Origin: Podarcis vaucheri
Lineage: Eukaryota
Direction: 5' to 3' (one strand)
DNA length: 64,000 bases
Assembly (NCBI GenBank): GCA_965113315.1
Contig: OZ220382.1
Under the pieces are notes generated by a model. It saw nothing but the letters and a program-made list of their open reading frames with translations. It ran no database searches and was not told where the DNA came from. This document shows positions 50,271 through 64,000 of this stretch, in pieces (the first letter of the stretch is position 1; each line of letters starts with the position of its first letter). The position numbers and the translations under genes are program-made.

Positions 50271-53200
50271 TCATGAGGTGATCTACAGCAGGGTTGGGCA
50301 GGATAATAGCCCGAAATCTTTTACAAAGAACTTGTTTTGCCATGGAACTGTGTTTTTTCCATCATTTACAAAGGAAATGGGGCTGCTGCAGTTGGAAAGA
50401 TGCCTTACTTGGTCATATGGCACAAGTGGTTGGAACCCCATGGTATTAAAGTTTAAGACACGCCTGCAAGGAGCATTCTGAATGTTCTGCCATTTGGGTG
50501 CAATCAAACTGCAGAATCTTTTAGCTTCCTCTGTCCCTATGTGTTCTAAGGTGTGCATCCTCAGAAAAGGTTGAGCGTTTTAAGTGAGACAAAAGTTCTT
50601 TGATGGCAGGGTGTGAATTGTGGAGCAGATTATACATTTTAGATAGATATTTTCCTTTAGGCTGGATTAGAGTTCCCTTTAGTTTTGATACTTCTCCAGC
50701 AAACCCTATTTTCCTTGTCTTTCATTCAGTTGGAAGTATTGGAGCCAGCCTGTCAAATATATATGGATTTCAAAGTCCTTTCCTCTTAATTTATTAATTT
50801 CCCCCTCTAATAACATTTTATATGTTGCCCAAATTCTCTTCATGTTTTTCTTCTTAACGGCAATAGCTTCAATGTGTGAAATGCACCAAGGGGTTGTAGG
50901 TTCCAGGAGATATTTATATTTCATCCATGGTTTATATAAGACCTGAGTTGTGTAGCTGCATCTTCTGTTTTGTGCTATAGGCTGTATTTAGATGTGGTGA
51001 TTATTGTTTTCCTGATTATTCTGTTAGGGCTTCTGTTTTTCCCCCCAATGTTTCTTTCACAGTACATTACCCATTCTGCCATGGAACTGTGTTTTTTCCA
51101 TCTTTTACAAAGCAAATGGGGCTGCTGCAGTTGGAAAGATGCCTTACTTGGTCATATGGCACAAATGGTTGGAGCCCCATGGTATTAAAGTTAAAGACAC
51201 GCCTGCAAGGAGCACTCTGAATGTTCTGCCATTGGGGGAAATCAAACTGCAGAATCAGAACTACACACGGGCTGAATGGCTTGTCCCACCCTGTACTGGA
51301 TGGTCCCTGAGAGGCGGACCAAGGCAATGCAATCCACCACACTCACAACACTCAACACGGTGAATGAGAGCGGCAGGAAAAAGCTGTTTAAATTCTTTCT
51401 TGTTCTTTTTTTTTTTGCAGAGTGCACAAGTTGTTGTCTTAATTACAAAAAAAATCAATTTACAATGTAATAGAGACTTTTTACACAGAGAATATTAGAA
51501 TGGTTTCCTACCAGAAGGTAAAGAAAAAATATTCTTTTTTCCTTTCTTTATTAATAAACCACTTATTCGTTTTTAAGCTATTGTTATACAAAGTTGCAGG
51601 ACATGCACAATTTTCCCTCGATAGGGTTTGCTCTTATCCCCGCCCCCATTTCTTATCTTTTCTTTTTTTGCTAAGTGCAAATACTAGATTTCTCTCTCCA
51701 CCTTTTAAGGAAGTTGAATGTGACACTATAAATTTAAATTCCTTCTTTATATCTCCAGCACAGTATAATCTCAGTCCAGGAATAAACAATCCTAACACAG
51801 CAAAACTCACAGTATCAGCTGCACACATTGTCTTACTTCCAATCTTGTTGTCAGCGTGTGTGCTGAGAGTTTTTGTGTGTGTGTTTTGGGTGTGAGTGTG
51901 CTGTCCTTCTACGGACATTGCAGCCTGCAACTTCTCTTTGTTTGGACCTCCAGTGGACACCAATCAATCCTAGAGGTCCACTCCTACGCACTAAAGAAAA
52001 TTTTGGAACCCTTTTTAAAGCTTCCAGGAACTTTTATCTGTTTCTTAAAGAATGTTTTCCTAACACCCCCTCTCATTCGAACAGAAACAATACAGCATTA
52101 TAAATATATACAAAAGTATCCACACATCATACAACACAATTCCCAACTTTATAACCAGTTGTGCATGTTGTTGCTTTCAATGCTTGTCTTTCTTTCTCTT
52201 AACAAAAAACTTCCATCACTGGTTCTCCAGTTATTTGCTTGTCCTAAATATTTTACTTTGTTCTCTTAGTTGTTTTGCAAACTCATTTTCCTCAAAATTC
52301 TTGTAGCTGCCCCATCACTATCACCTCCACCAGTTTGTCCCAAATGGGGGGGGAGGGGTATTAACATTCCAATTTCTCCTCCATTTTGCCTTGCTAGCCA
52401 GTCCCATTTCCTTGTCACTGTGTGGTCAAATTCCTCAATGTGACCGAAATCTGTCCCACTCGGCTACTTGTGCCCTGCACCAAATTTATTGTTTTGTCCC
52501 ATAGGCTGCCTTAAGATGTGATGAAAAAACTAAGGATTTTGCTCTAGTTGACTATCATTCCTTCCTCTTGGTTAAAAATTGTTTATTTGTTTAGAAACTT
52601 GTTATGATGCCCTGCAGTATGCAAATAGATATAATCAAATGTTTCCCCTTCGCTCTCATCCATCTTCGCCTCATCTACCAGGCGCAGCCATTTATATTTG
52701 TTGCATGTCCCTTGCTGCCTACAGGCCCCTGGGCTTCCCGCGGCTGCTGGTGACCGTCATTTGCGGCCCCATAGCAAGAGCCCGGCAGTGGGGGATGCCG
52801 GGCCCCCCAATATTGGGGGAACTGAGCACCCTGTCTAGAAATACAGAGGAGGCTAAAGCCCTGGGTGGCCAGGAGGTCTGCTCAGTGTGCCCTGCCTTGT
52901 ACCTGCAGTCCGTGATTCCGACCAACTGAGGCAACAAGTCCTCAGCAGAGATTTAGCTCTGCTGGGATCAGGAGATTCTGCAGATAGCAGGAGCATGAAG
53001 AATTGAATGGTTTTGTGCCAAAACTGTATTTAGATGTGGTGATAATTGCTTTGGTGTTCCTGATTATTCTGTTAGGGCTTCTGTCCCCCCCCCCCCATGT
53101 TTCTTTCACACTACATTACCTGTTGTTCCATGGAACTGTGTTTTTTCCATCTTTTACAAAGGAAATGGGGCTGCTGCCGTTGGAAAGATGCCTTACTTGG

Positions 53201-54450
53201 TTATATGGCACAAATGGTTTGAGGCCCATGGTATTAAATCTTAAGACATGCCTGCAAGGAGGTGTGGGCCAGTTCTGACACAGAGCACTCTGCATCTTCT
53301 GTCTTTTGGGTGCAATCAAACTGCAGAATCTGAACTACACACGGGCTGATAGCCTGGTATGCACCATTGAATTTTTCTTGAAAAATCTGTGGGCATGGTG
53401 TGACACAATATCAAATTTCATTGGACAACATTGTTTTTCACACATGCATGCTTCTCTTCCCCCCTTAAAATGGAAGCAAGTAAGTAAAGATACACTGCCT
53501 CCGATTCTCATAACCCTTAGTTTTTCATAGGCACCTGTCTGCAAAGGTCATCCATCAGGGTGACCAAGACTGACTCAGTTCTTCAGCCAGGATTGAACCC
53601 AGATGGGAATGGATGTAAATCATCTGTGTTTTCCAAGAATTCTTGTAGCTGCCCCACTGCTATCACCTCCTATGTCTAGGTGGACAATGACTTTTTAACA
53701 CACTGAAGGCTCCCAAGTCCAAAAGGTGTGAAGGGGGCCAACTCCCACTTGCACTGGCAAAGGCACTTTATCTGCGACTGGTGCCACCCACTCAAGTCAC
53801 TGTTTGAAAGGCTGAGATGTAGGAGACATCACAATATCATACTCTGGGAAGGTACTGTCAGTACAGAACTGGACCAGAGCAGGCAGTCTGAATTGTCAAC
53901 CATTTTGCATTCTATATTCCCTATCTTGTAAACAACCCTCGTTTGTTGCGGTTGTTGCAGCAGTTGCTCGAACAGATCCAGCACCTCTCAGGTGGGCACC
54001 ACTAGAGAACAAGGGAAGTGCTCATGAGTTCTGGCACTTTTAAAAAAATAGAAAAAAATATTATACGCATAACAAAACATGAAGCTGAAATATATTGACC
54101 AGACAAAATGTCAATGAGTAACAGTTTTTTTTAATAATTCACATACATAGTGAAAAGGTGCCATGATGCCATTCTGCGAGCTATGGTAAAATAGCATGCA
54201 TATCTGCAGCAAAGCAAAAGGAAAAAAGTGCCCCATTTCTGCTTTCAGTTGTATACTAGGAATCCGTTTTGTGAACTTTATGATACAAAAAGCTAACCAT
54301 TTTTTTTTAAAAAAGCAGCAACCCAAATATAACTATGAAACAAAACTTATCAAGAACTATACAACCACTACACCTCATTTGGATGCTGTGCCAATGAAGT
54401 AGCTCATTTATTAACTTATTAAAAGAAAAGCCACTCCTAATATATTTTCT

Positions 54451-55672
<1,222 letters not shown>

Positions 55673-56837
55673 ACTGGTTGGAGCTTTTCTCTGCTTCCTC
55701 TAGCTACTCTCCCACAATATATACTGCTGGGGAGGACAAAGCATATGCACAGCTCTGCCACCCATCTCTCAATATGCCCTATTCATTTTACTTCTGGTTG
55801 GGCTGGAGCTGGCATTTTTCTGATGTCAGCACATTCTGTCATAGTTGCCTCAAAGCCAATAATTGTTATGCTTTAAAATGCAGAGGAAAAGAACAATAAT
55901 AGTTATTTTATATGGGTACATGGACAAAGTCTTGTTTGCTATGGCAAGTAAAAATTGCACAAAAGAAGAAAAAGTAATTCTACCAGACTTAAGAAATCCA
56001 TCTTAATATCATTCATAGAGCAATAAATAGCATTAAGTGGGCCAATCCAGACATAGATCATACAACCCTAAACCACTTGGAGACACAAGATGTATTTTGT
56101 TCCAGTCAAATAAATCACTTATTTTCTAAGGGAGCAATATTTACAGCAGTGGAAGGGGAACAAATTAACACTATTTTCAGTATAGAAAAGGCCCAGGGGT
56201 GGAATTAGGAAGTATAGGCACATCGATCCCACCCACCCCTCACACCCTTTATTTATTTTTTATTAATGAGAACCTACAAATCCAGTCTGTCAAGACTGGC
56301 CTGTATGGGCAGGGGTACCTTTACAAATCCACTGTTTTATGGAATTGTAGTTGAACAAGGGAAACAAGAAAATAGTATTGCCGCTCTCTTTCATTGGTTT
56401 TGTTAAAATAGGATTTTCCATTCTGACTGGCCAATTTGACTGCAGCTGCCTGCTGCTGATATTATGGATAATGTTTTCTTAATGAAACTTGGATCAGAAT
56501 GCTATGCTGTCCTGCATTTCAGATGGAAATAGGAACACTCTTCCTGGCCCAGTCAATTACCACCCCCTACTAGTTTTTATCAGCCAAGAAGGTCAAGAGT
56601 CCGAAGCACAAGTCGTTGCCCTGACTAATACAAACACCTTGTCCACGTCCTCAAGCCTTACTATCTGAAAATTATCCAAAACAACAGGACTAGACAGTGC
56701 TCTGGACACCCATGAGACTCATCTGCTATAACAGCAGAGTCAAGATCTCAGGGGATGCAAGTGGTTTTATCCTCAAAATGCTTTGCAAACAAGTCACAGT
56801 GGTTACACATAGCTACCACCTCCTTGAGTCGGACTGT

Positions 56838-56878
56838 CTTTCTTCTTCTTTGGCGATCACTTGTAGCTGAGTAGTATT
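56838..56878 (-). mobile_element. Possible very short RTE-type LINE 3' end with (GAA)n tail
   Basis: tcttcttctttggcgatcacttgtagctgagta resembles a recalled lizard RTE terminus. Confidence 0.3.
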
Positions 56879-57573
56879 GCTAACTTCAATACCACTATGT
56901 ATGCTTAATGATGAGCCCACACCACTGTTCAGATGTATGCAGCCAGATCTTTCCTCCACTTGCGTGGAGCCATCTTTCAACTTGTTTCCTTTCCCTAAGT
57001 TCTGCAGTATACCAAGGAGTCAAGTGGGAGAGGATGCTCAGAAGTGATCATGTCAAAAGCCTGAGCCATTCAGATGTACTAGAGGCTGGCCAGGGCTTTG
57101 ATAGGAGTGCCAGTCATATCAAACAGAAAAAAACCCTCAGCGTTACCTGGAAACCCATTAGATACATCAGCCTCCAGGGGTGGATGATCCTAATAGGTCC
57201 CTTGCCTCTAGAAAGGGAAAAAGTGGGTTGAAAGTATAAATCTCAACAGAAAAAATGGAATGAAAATGGAAGCAAATAAGTAAAGGGAAGGGGAGGAGGG
57301 GAGGTAATCTCTGCTGCTGTTTCCTAACAAATATTCTCAATTGCTAAGTCATGGTTTGATTTTTTGTTACCTCCTTTGAGCTTTTCAGAAGGAAAGGAGA
57401 GGGAAGGTACAACCAATTTAAATGAACCAATACATAAAGATATGAAAGGAACCCGCTGTTTCTGTATACAATGCTAATGTTACCATGAAAAAAACTTTTT
57501 ATTTATGTTTGGTTTATTTGTTTAGAAACATTGTATGAAGCCCTGCAGCATACAAATGATCTACAGATGAATA

Positions 57574-57906
57574 CAGTGGTGCCTCGCAAGACGAAAAGAA
57601 TCCGTTCTGTGATTCTCTTCGTCTAGCGGTTTTTTCGTCTTGCGAAGCAAGCCCATTGACGGATTAGCGGATTAGCGCTATTAGCAGCTTTTAGTGGCTT
57701 ATCTGCTGATCGGATCAGGTGATAAGCAGCTTAGCGGCTTAGAAAAAGGGGGGAAGGGAAAAAACCAACAGGAACTCGCAAGACATTGTCATCTTGCGAA
57801 GCAAGCCCATAGGAAATTCGTTTTGCGAAGCACCTCCAAAACGGAAAACCCTTTCGTCTAGCGGGTTTTCCGTCTTGCGAGGCATTCATCTTGCGGGGCA
57901 CCACTG
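57574..57906. mobile_element. Tc1/mariner (Tigger/pogo-like) MITE
   Basis: TIRs are CAGTGGTGCCTCGCAAGACGAA / TTCATCTTGCGGGGCACCACTG, with TA on both sides. The paralog at ~63381 shows the empty site (gatggaTAcattgaatg). Confidence 0.93.
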
Positions 57907-58989
57907 TACATTGAATGTTTCCCATTCCTCTTCCTCATCCACGACTAGCGGGCCATTTCCCTTGCCAGTCCCACTTTTCTGTGAAGTTATATCTCTCGAT
58001 GTGACCAAGATGTGTCCGTCCACATCTGTCGCATGTCCCGCTCGGCTACCTATGGGGTGTGTCTCTTGCAACTGATGGTGGCTGTCATTTGCTTCCCCAT
58101 AACAACAACCCAATGGGGGATGTTGGCCCTCTCAATATTGTGGGGATTGAGCCCCCATGGCCAGGATTCAATCCAGAGGGGAATGCATTTAATTATCTGT
58201 GTTTTCCAATAATTCTTGTAGCTTCCCCACCAGTTTCGTCTCCACCAGATTTGACTGTTTGGTTAAGTTTCTCAGTGTGACCTAGATGTGTTCATCCATA
58301 TCTGTCGTACGTCCCACTCGGCTACCTGCACCCTGAGTCAAATTGATTGTCTGGTCCCATAGGCTGGCTTAAGATGTGGTTTAAAAAAACAGGATTTTGC
58401 TCTAGTTTGCTCTAGTTTGAGTTGCCAATCATTCTGGTTCCTTCCTCTTGGTTAAAAGTTGTTTATTTGTTTGGAAACCTGATGAGAGTTGTAGGGCAAG
58501 GAGGAGTAAATGGGGAACATAAGGAGCCTGGGAAGACAGACAACCACACACACCCTGCATGTTCCAGCCAATGTTCTCAGTTGCAAACACCTTTTCCTTG
58601 TATGTTGTCTTGTCTCTGATCCAAGTGACAGCAGACAGCTGCATAGGAGCTGCTGCTGGATCACACTGGGTTGATGGCCTTTCTGGAATTGCACACTTCC
58701 CGGAGGTGTCCAGTGTTCTAAAAGTGGGCACTGGCAGTTCAGTGAAATACTTGCAGGACACTTCAGAAGTGTCTTGACAGGAGTTCTTTAATTGCAGGGT
58801 TTGAGTTGCGTGGCTGTACCACCTGATGGCGCGTTTGTAAGACAATCCTGGTATAGAAAGAGGGAGAAGTGTACATATAGCTGATGTACGTACAGAAACT
58901 GTGGGAAAACGTGCACTTTTATATTTTAAAAAGAAGAATAGTACAATTGCAGTACCAAAGATTTGCACTGACTGTAGAACTTGACTTGA

Positions 58990-59190
58990 GGGGTTGAGGT
59001 TTGCGCTTCACCCCTGGGTTTAACTTGGGACTTTTGCCAGTGCATTTCTGACATTCTGGTTCACAAGAATGGTCAATTTCCACCTGGTGCTTTTCATTAA
59101 GAAGGGGAATAGTGAAGAGCAGAATCAGAGCCAGTTGCAGCAGTGTCAGACCATTGAACAAGGCACCAACAAACGTGAGCACCGACACTA
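58990..59190 (-). pseudogene. RTN4: RTN4-like piece c, diverged copy
   Basis: Reads LTFVGALFNGLTLLQLALILLFTIPLLNEKHQVEIDH...PGVKRKP. Confidence 0.85.
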
Positions 59191-60664
59191 TAAACTTTTT
59201 TTTTTTTTGGTACTAAGCTTTTTGTTTTGTCAGAATGCATCTCTTATAACTTCAATACTGGAAAGCATTCTGTGGTTACCAATCTTGTTGTACTCCTCTT
59301 CTTCATCCTCCTCTTCACCTCGGTATTCCAGCGGTTCTTCCTCTTCCAGCCCCCCTTTGAGAAAAGGTCTGGGTCATCCGAAAAATCTACAGAAGCCACT
59401 GGCTTGTTGTGCAGCCTGTCCTTTTAGCTTTCTCTGTCCCTATGTGTTCTGAGGTGTGCATCCTCAGAAAAGGTTGAGTGCTTTAAGTGAGACAAGAGTT
59501 CTTTGATGGCAGGGTGTGAATTGTGGCGGAGATTATACATTTCAGATAGATATTTCCTTTAGGCTGGGTTAGAGTTCCCTTTAGCTTTGATATTTCTCCA
59601 GCAAACCCTATTTTCCTTGTCTTTCATTCAGTTGGAAGTATTGGAGCCAGCCTGTCAAATATATATGGATTTCAAATTCCATTCCTCTTTATTTATTCAT
59701 TTCCCCCTCTAATAACATTTTATATGTTGCCCGATTTCCCTTCATGTTTTTCTTAACGCCAAAGGCTTCGATTGGTGAAATGCACCAATATATATTTCAT
59801 CCATGGATTAGATAAGGTCTGAGTTGTGTGGCTGCATCTTCTGGTCAGGTGTTGGCAAGGGATTGAATCTGGGTGCAGAAAAGGAGAAAGGACACTTGGG
59901 TTGAGGGGTTTTGGGAATACCTGGCTGCGAGTAACACAGGTGCTTCCTCCGCAAATTTGGAGTGTGTGCAGTAACTGAAAAGTTCGTTAAGGGCAGGGTG
60001 TGAACTGTGTGGCTGTACCACCTGAAGGCATGTTTGGAAAGGAATACATATTGGTGTAGGAAAGGCTGAAGCATACATATCGCTGATGTATGTACAGAAA
60101 CTGTGGAGAAACCTGCAATTTTTTATTTTCAAAGGAATGATAGTACTTGAGCAGCAGCTATGAAGAGGAAAGCAGAAACTGTGGGAAATATTGTAATTCT
60201 ATTTACCTAACATAGAGGAAGAGGGGTGGGATGGTGGGGGGCTACGGAAATCACCCCTCTGCAAATGGCCACGTGGACCAGCAGGGCAGGGAGGACGGGG
60301 TGAATGTGGCGCCATGGCAGCCATGACGAAGCCAAGAACTCGGCCCGCCTTGTTCCAGGCCTCCACTAGCAGCAGCAGAAGAAGATGGAGGAGGAGGAGG
60401 AGGAGGAGGAAGGGACGGAGCAGCCAGCTCTTTGCTGCTTTCCAAGCAGAGCACCCTTTCTGGATGTTAGGATCCCCTCCTCTTTTTTGTTAATTAATCC
60501 CTGAATGCACCTCCCTAATGAGTGCGCCAGATGTAGCACTGCCTTTCACTTCTCTCCTCTTGCAGAGAGAATGAAAAATCCAGATAAATGTGCTTGGGAT
60601 TCTTCAAGTCCAGAATCTGGCTCTTGTGGATCACTTGCTGGCTGATTCCAGAGGCTGCAAATGG

Positions 60665-61250
60665 TTTCTTTTTCTTTCTTTTTTTAATTTTTATTTCAAA
60701 ACCAAAAAATATTACAAATATCAAATTCAAAATCCATACTCATTTTCTGACACAATCCTACTACATAGATTACCTAAATTATAATATATCTAATTGTTTT
60801 AGGCTTGCTTTGCTCTATGTATATACAATACAATTAACAAATTATATTATAAATGATATTATAGGTTCCCATATACCCCCCACTCCCCTTCACCAATGTG
60901 TGATCTCAATATTTTACTTCTTCCATCTTGTTGGTTTGTTATAATTTAATAATTATTCAATTGCTTCTATTATTATTTTCTTGTTTACCCTGCATGTTTT
61001 ACACATTCTCTATTAATATTTCAAATCCGGAACCATATTTTTTCATGTTTTCCTTCACTCCATCCCACTTACTAATTATTCTCTGATTTGAGTGGCCTCT
61101 AATAATTGCTTTCAATTTTGCCATTTCTACAAACTTGCTGAGTTGTTTTTTTTTTTTGCCATTCTGATAGTGATGGGATATTCTGGCAGCTGCTGTTGTG
61201 TAAAGGAATAGATTTTTCTTGTCTTTGGGAATGTCATTAGATATTAGGCC
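60665..61250 (-). mobile_element. L1 ORF2 C-terminus, 3'UTR, AATAAA and poly(A)
   Basis: Reads DIPKDKKNLFLYTTAAARI...LSKFVEMAKLKAIIRGHSNQRIISKWDGVKENMKKY...*, followed by ...gaAATAAAaattaaaaaaagaaagaaaaagaaa. Confidence 0.8.
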
Positions 61251-61304
61251 AAAAGATTTCACGAGGTGATCTACAGCAGGGTTGGGCAGGATAATAGCCC
61301 CAAA

Positions 61305-62200
61305 AAGAAACTGTTCTTTAATCAGGAACTGCCTCAGTCCCTCAAATGTATCTACCTCCTTGCAGACAGCCAAAAGTTGAAATTTTGCGCCACCTTCGCA
61401 GCTACCAAGGGGAGACTCATAAGAGGCAGTTTTATCAACCTTCTGGAAAGCGCGGATGTAGCTTTCCACATACAGTCCATATCTTTGCAAAACAAGGTGT
61501 TTATACCGTTCATAGTCTAGCACGTGGGACAAAGGAAGATGGCCCATGAGATCCGCCAACTCCCCACTAATCAATGTATTCAGAATAGACATATAAAGTC
61601 TTGAAGGGAGCTCCAGTTCCCGGCAGGTTAGTTCGAATAAAGTCAGATAGCTCAGGACATGCATGGGGGGTTTATACGCAGGGAAAAGACGTAAGTCAAA
61701 ATCCCTCAGGGTAAACTCACGAGTAATGCGCCTTGGAACCACATCTCGTGGCTCTTGGTCATAGCTGTACCTTGGGGCAGGGCGATAACTCAGGCTCGTC
61801 CATCCGGACGCTGAGGTTCCTGCCCTTCATACCTGTAAGAGGGTGTGGGATGCTGGCCGTAGGCCTCCTCTTCCTCGTACCGTCGAACCAACCCGCGGGT
61901 CTCCCAGGACCGTTCTGGCGAGTAAACCAGGGCTGGGCTAGGCGGTCGATACATCGTTGGTCAGCGACTTTCCTGGGGTGGGTGCTCCGGCTCTCAATAG
62001 TCGTCCTCTGCCCGAACCTCCCTTGGTCATTGCGGTGGTCCCTTGTAGTCATACTCCTGCCGTCTAGTCTCTGGGGGTGCAACAATGGAGTGACCCACTC
62101 GGGGATACTTTTCCCGACATAGGAACCCTCCCTGGGGGCGACCCAGAACCCACTCAACGGCTTGGCCAGGCAAAAGCTCCATTCCACTCGGCTGGGCCAT
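61305..62200 (-). mobile_element. Gypsy (Gmr1-like) gag, longer copy including the SCAN-like segment
   Basis: ...LDYERYKHLVLQRYGLYVESYIRAFQK...KEVDTFEGLRQFLIKEQFL matches the SCAN/capsid 'L.LEQFL' motif. Confidence 0.82.
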
Positions 62201-64000
62201 TGGCAATGAACTTTACTTGAGGGGTTGAGGTTTGCACTTCACCCCTGGGTTTAACTTGGGACTTTTGCCAAGTACTAAGCTTTTTTTTTTAAGTACTAAG
62301 CTTTTCAATATTTTGTACTAAGCTTTTCAGAGAGGGACAGGCATGAGAAAGGGTTGCGAAACACGAGTCAAACAATAGTATGATGCAGCCTTTTTGGCTG
62401 TTAGGATCCCATCTTCTTTTTTTGTTAATTAATCCCTGAATGAACCTCTCTAATGATTGTGCCTGATGAAGCACTGCGTCTTTCTTCTCTCCTTTTGCAG
62501 ACAGAATGAAAATTCATATAAATGTTTTTCTTTTTCTTGGTTTTTTGGATGTGAAAAATATCTTTATTTTCAAGTCCCACTGAATGAGGAACTGTCCCAG
62601 GAATGGCTTGTCCCACCCTCTACTTGATGGTCCCTGGGAGGCGGACCAAGGTAATGCAAGCCACCACACTCACAACACTCAACACGGTGAATGAGAGCAG
62701 CAGGAAGAAGCTCTTTAAATTCTTTCTTGGTCTTGTTTTTCCAAAGTGCACAAGGTTGTTGTTTTAATTACAAAAAAATCAAATTTACAACGGAAATGGG
62801 GCTGCTGCAGTTGGAAAGATGCCTTACTTGGTCATATGGCACAAATGGTTGGAACCCCATGGTATTAAAGTTTAAGACACGCCTGCAAGGAGCACTCTGA
62901 ATGTTCTGCCATTTGGGTGCAATAAAACTGCAGAATCTGAACTACACACGGGCTGATAGCCCGCTATGCACTATTGATTTTTTCTGGAAGAATCTGAGGA
63001 CCTGGTGTGACACAATATCAAATTTCATTGGACAACATTGCTTTTCACACATGCATGCTTCTCTTCCCCCATTAAAATGGAAGCAAATAAGTAAAGAGAA
63101 GGGGAGGAGGGGAGGTTATTTCTGCTGCTGCTTTCCTAACAAATATTCTAAATTGCTAAATCATGGTTTGATTTTTATTAGCTGCTTTGAACTTTTCAGA
63201 AGGAAAGGAGAGGGAAAGTACAAATATTTAAATAAGCCAATATATAAACATATGATAGGAACACATTGTTTCTGTATACAATGCTAATGTTACCATGAAA
63301 AAAACTTTTTATTTATTTTTTGTTTACTTGTTTAGAAACATTGTTTGAAGCCCTGCAGCATGAAACTGATCTACAGATGGATACATTGAATGTTTCCCAT
63401 TCCTCTCCCTCATCTATGACTAGCGGGCCATTTCCCTTGCCAGTTCCACTTCTCTGTGAAGTTATATCTCTCAATGTGACAGAGATGTGTACTTCCACAT
63501 CTGTCACATGTCCCGCTCGGCTACCTATAGGGTGTGTCTCTTGTAACTGATGGTGGCTGTCATTTGCTTCCCCATAACAACAACCCAACGGGGGATGTTG
63601 GCCCCCTCAATATTGGGGGGATTGAGCCCCCATGGCCAGGATTCAACCCAGATGGGAATGCATTTAATTATCTGTGTTTTCCCATATTTCTTGTAGCTTC
63701 CCCACCGCTATTGTCTCCACCAGTTTGCCCCAGAATTGGGGGGGGGGGTAACATCCCAATTTTTCCTCCATCTTTGCCTCACTGGCCAGTCCCATTTCCT
63801 TATCACTGTGTGGTCAAGTTTTCTCAGTGTGACCTAGATGTGTTCATCTACATCTGTCATATGTCCCACTCGGCTACCTGCACCCTGAGCCAAATTAATT
63901 GTTCGGGTCCATAGGCTGGCTTAAGATGTGGTTTAAAAAACTGAGGATTTTGCTCTAGTTTGAGTTGCCAATCATTCTGGTTCCTTCCTCTTAGTTAAAA

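Overview
This is vertebrate, not prokaryotic, DNA. It is probably from a lizard or snake, judged from a sauropsid-type ID3 sequence, squamate-style L1 ORF2 ends, a SCAN-type Gypsy gag and a Tigger-like MITE. I see no intact protein-coding gene, rRNA, tRNA or CRISPR array. Bases 1 to ~49,490 are a young, near-identical tandem array of alternating ~13.85 kb (A) and ~15.1 kb (B) units, giving a higher-order period of ~28.95 kb, with a nested ~1.22 kb sub-repeat. Each unit is a dense mosaic of 100-700 bp modules. These include intronless mRNA fragments (RTN4-like reticulon x4, ID3 x2, SHROOM3), unidentified 3'UTR/poly(A) ends, L1 ORF2 and 3' ends, and a Gmr1/SCAN-type Gypsy gag. Bases ~49,490-64,000 hold more diverged copies of the same modules in a different order, plus an L1-TMEM256-L1 chimeric retro-insertion and a MITE with a visible empty site. 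Almost every identifiable fragment and poly(A) tail is sense on the minus strand, while a repeated splice-acceptor-like module faces the plus strand. The leading hypothesis, which is inference, is an amplified, uni-strand antisense 'cDNA trap' acting as a piRNA/endo-siRNA precursor against both transposons and host mRNAs. Gene identifications come from recalled protein sequences, not database searches, and module coordinates are approximate.
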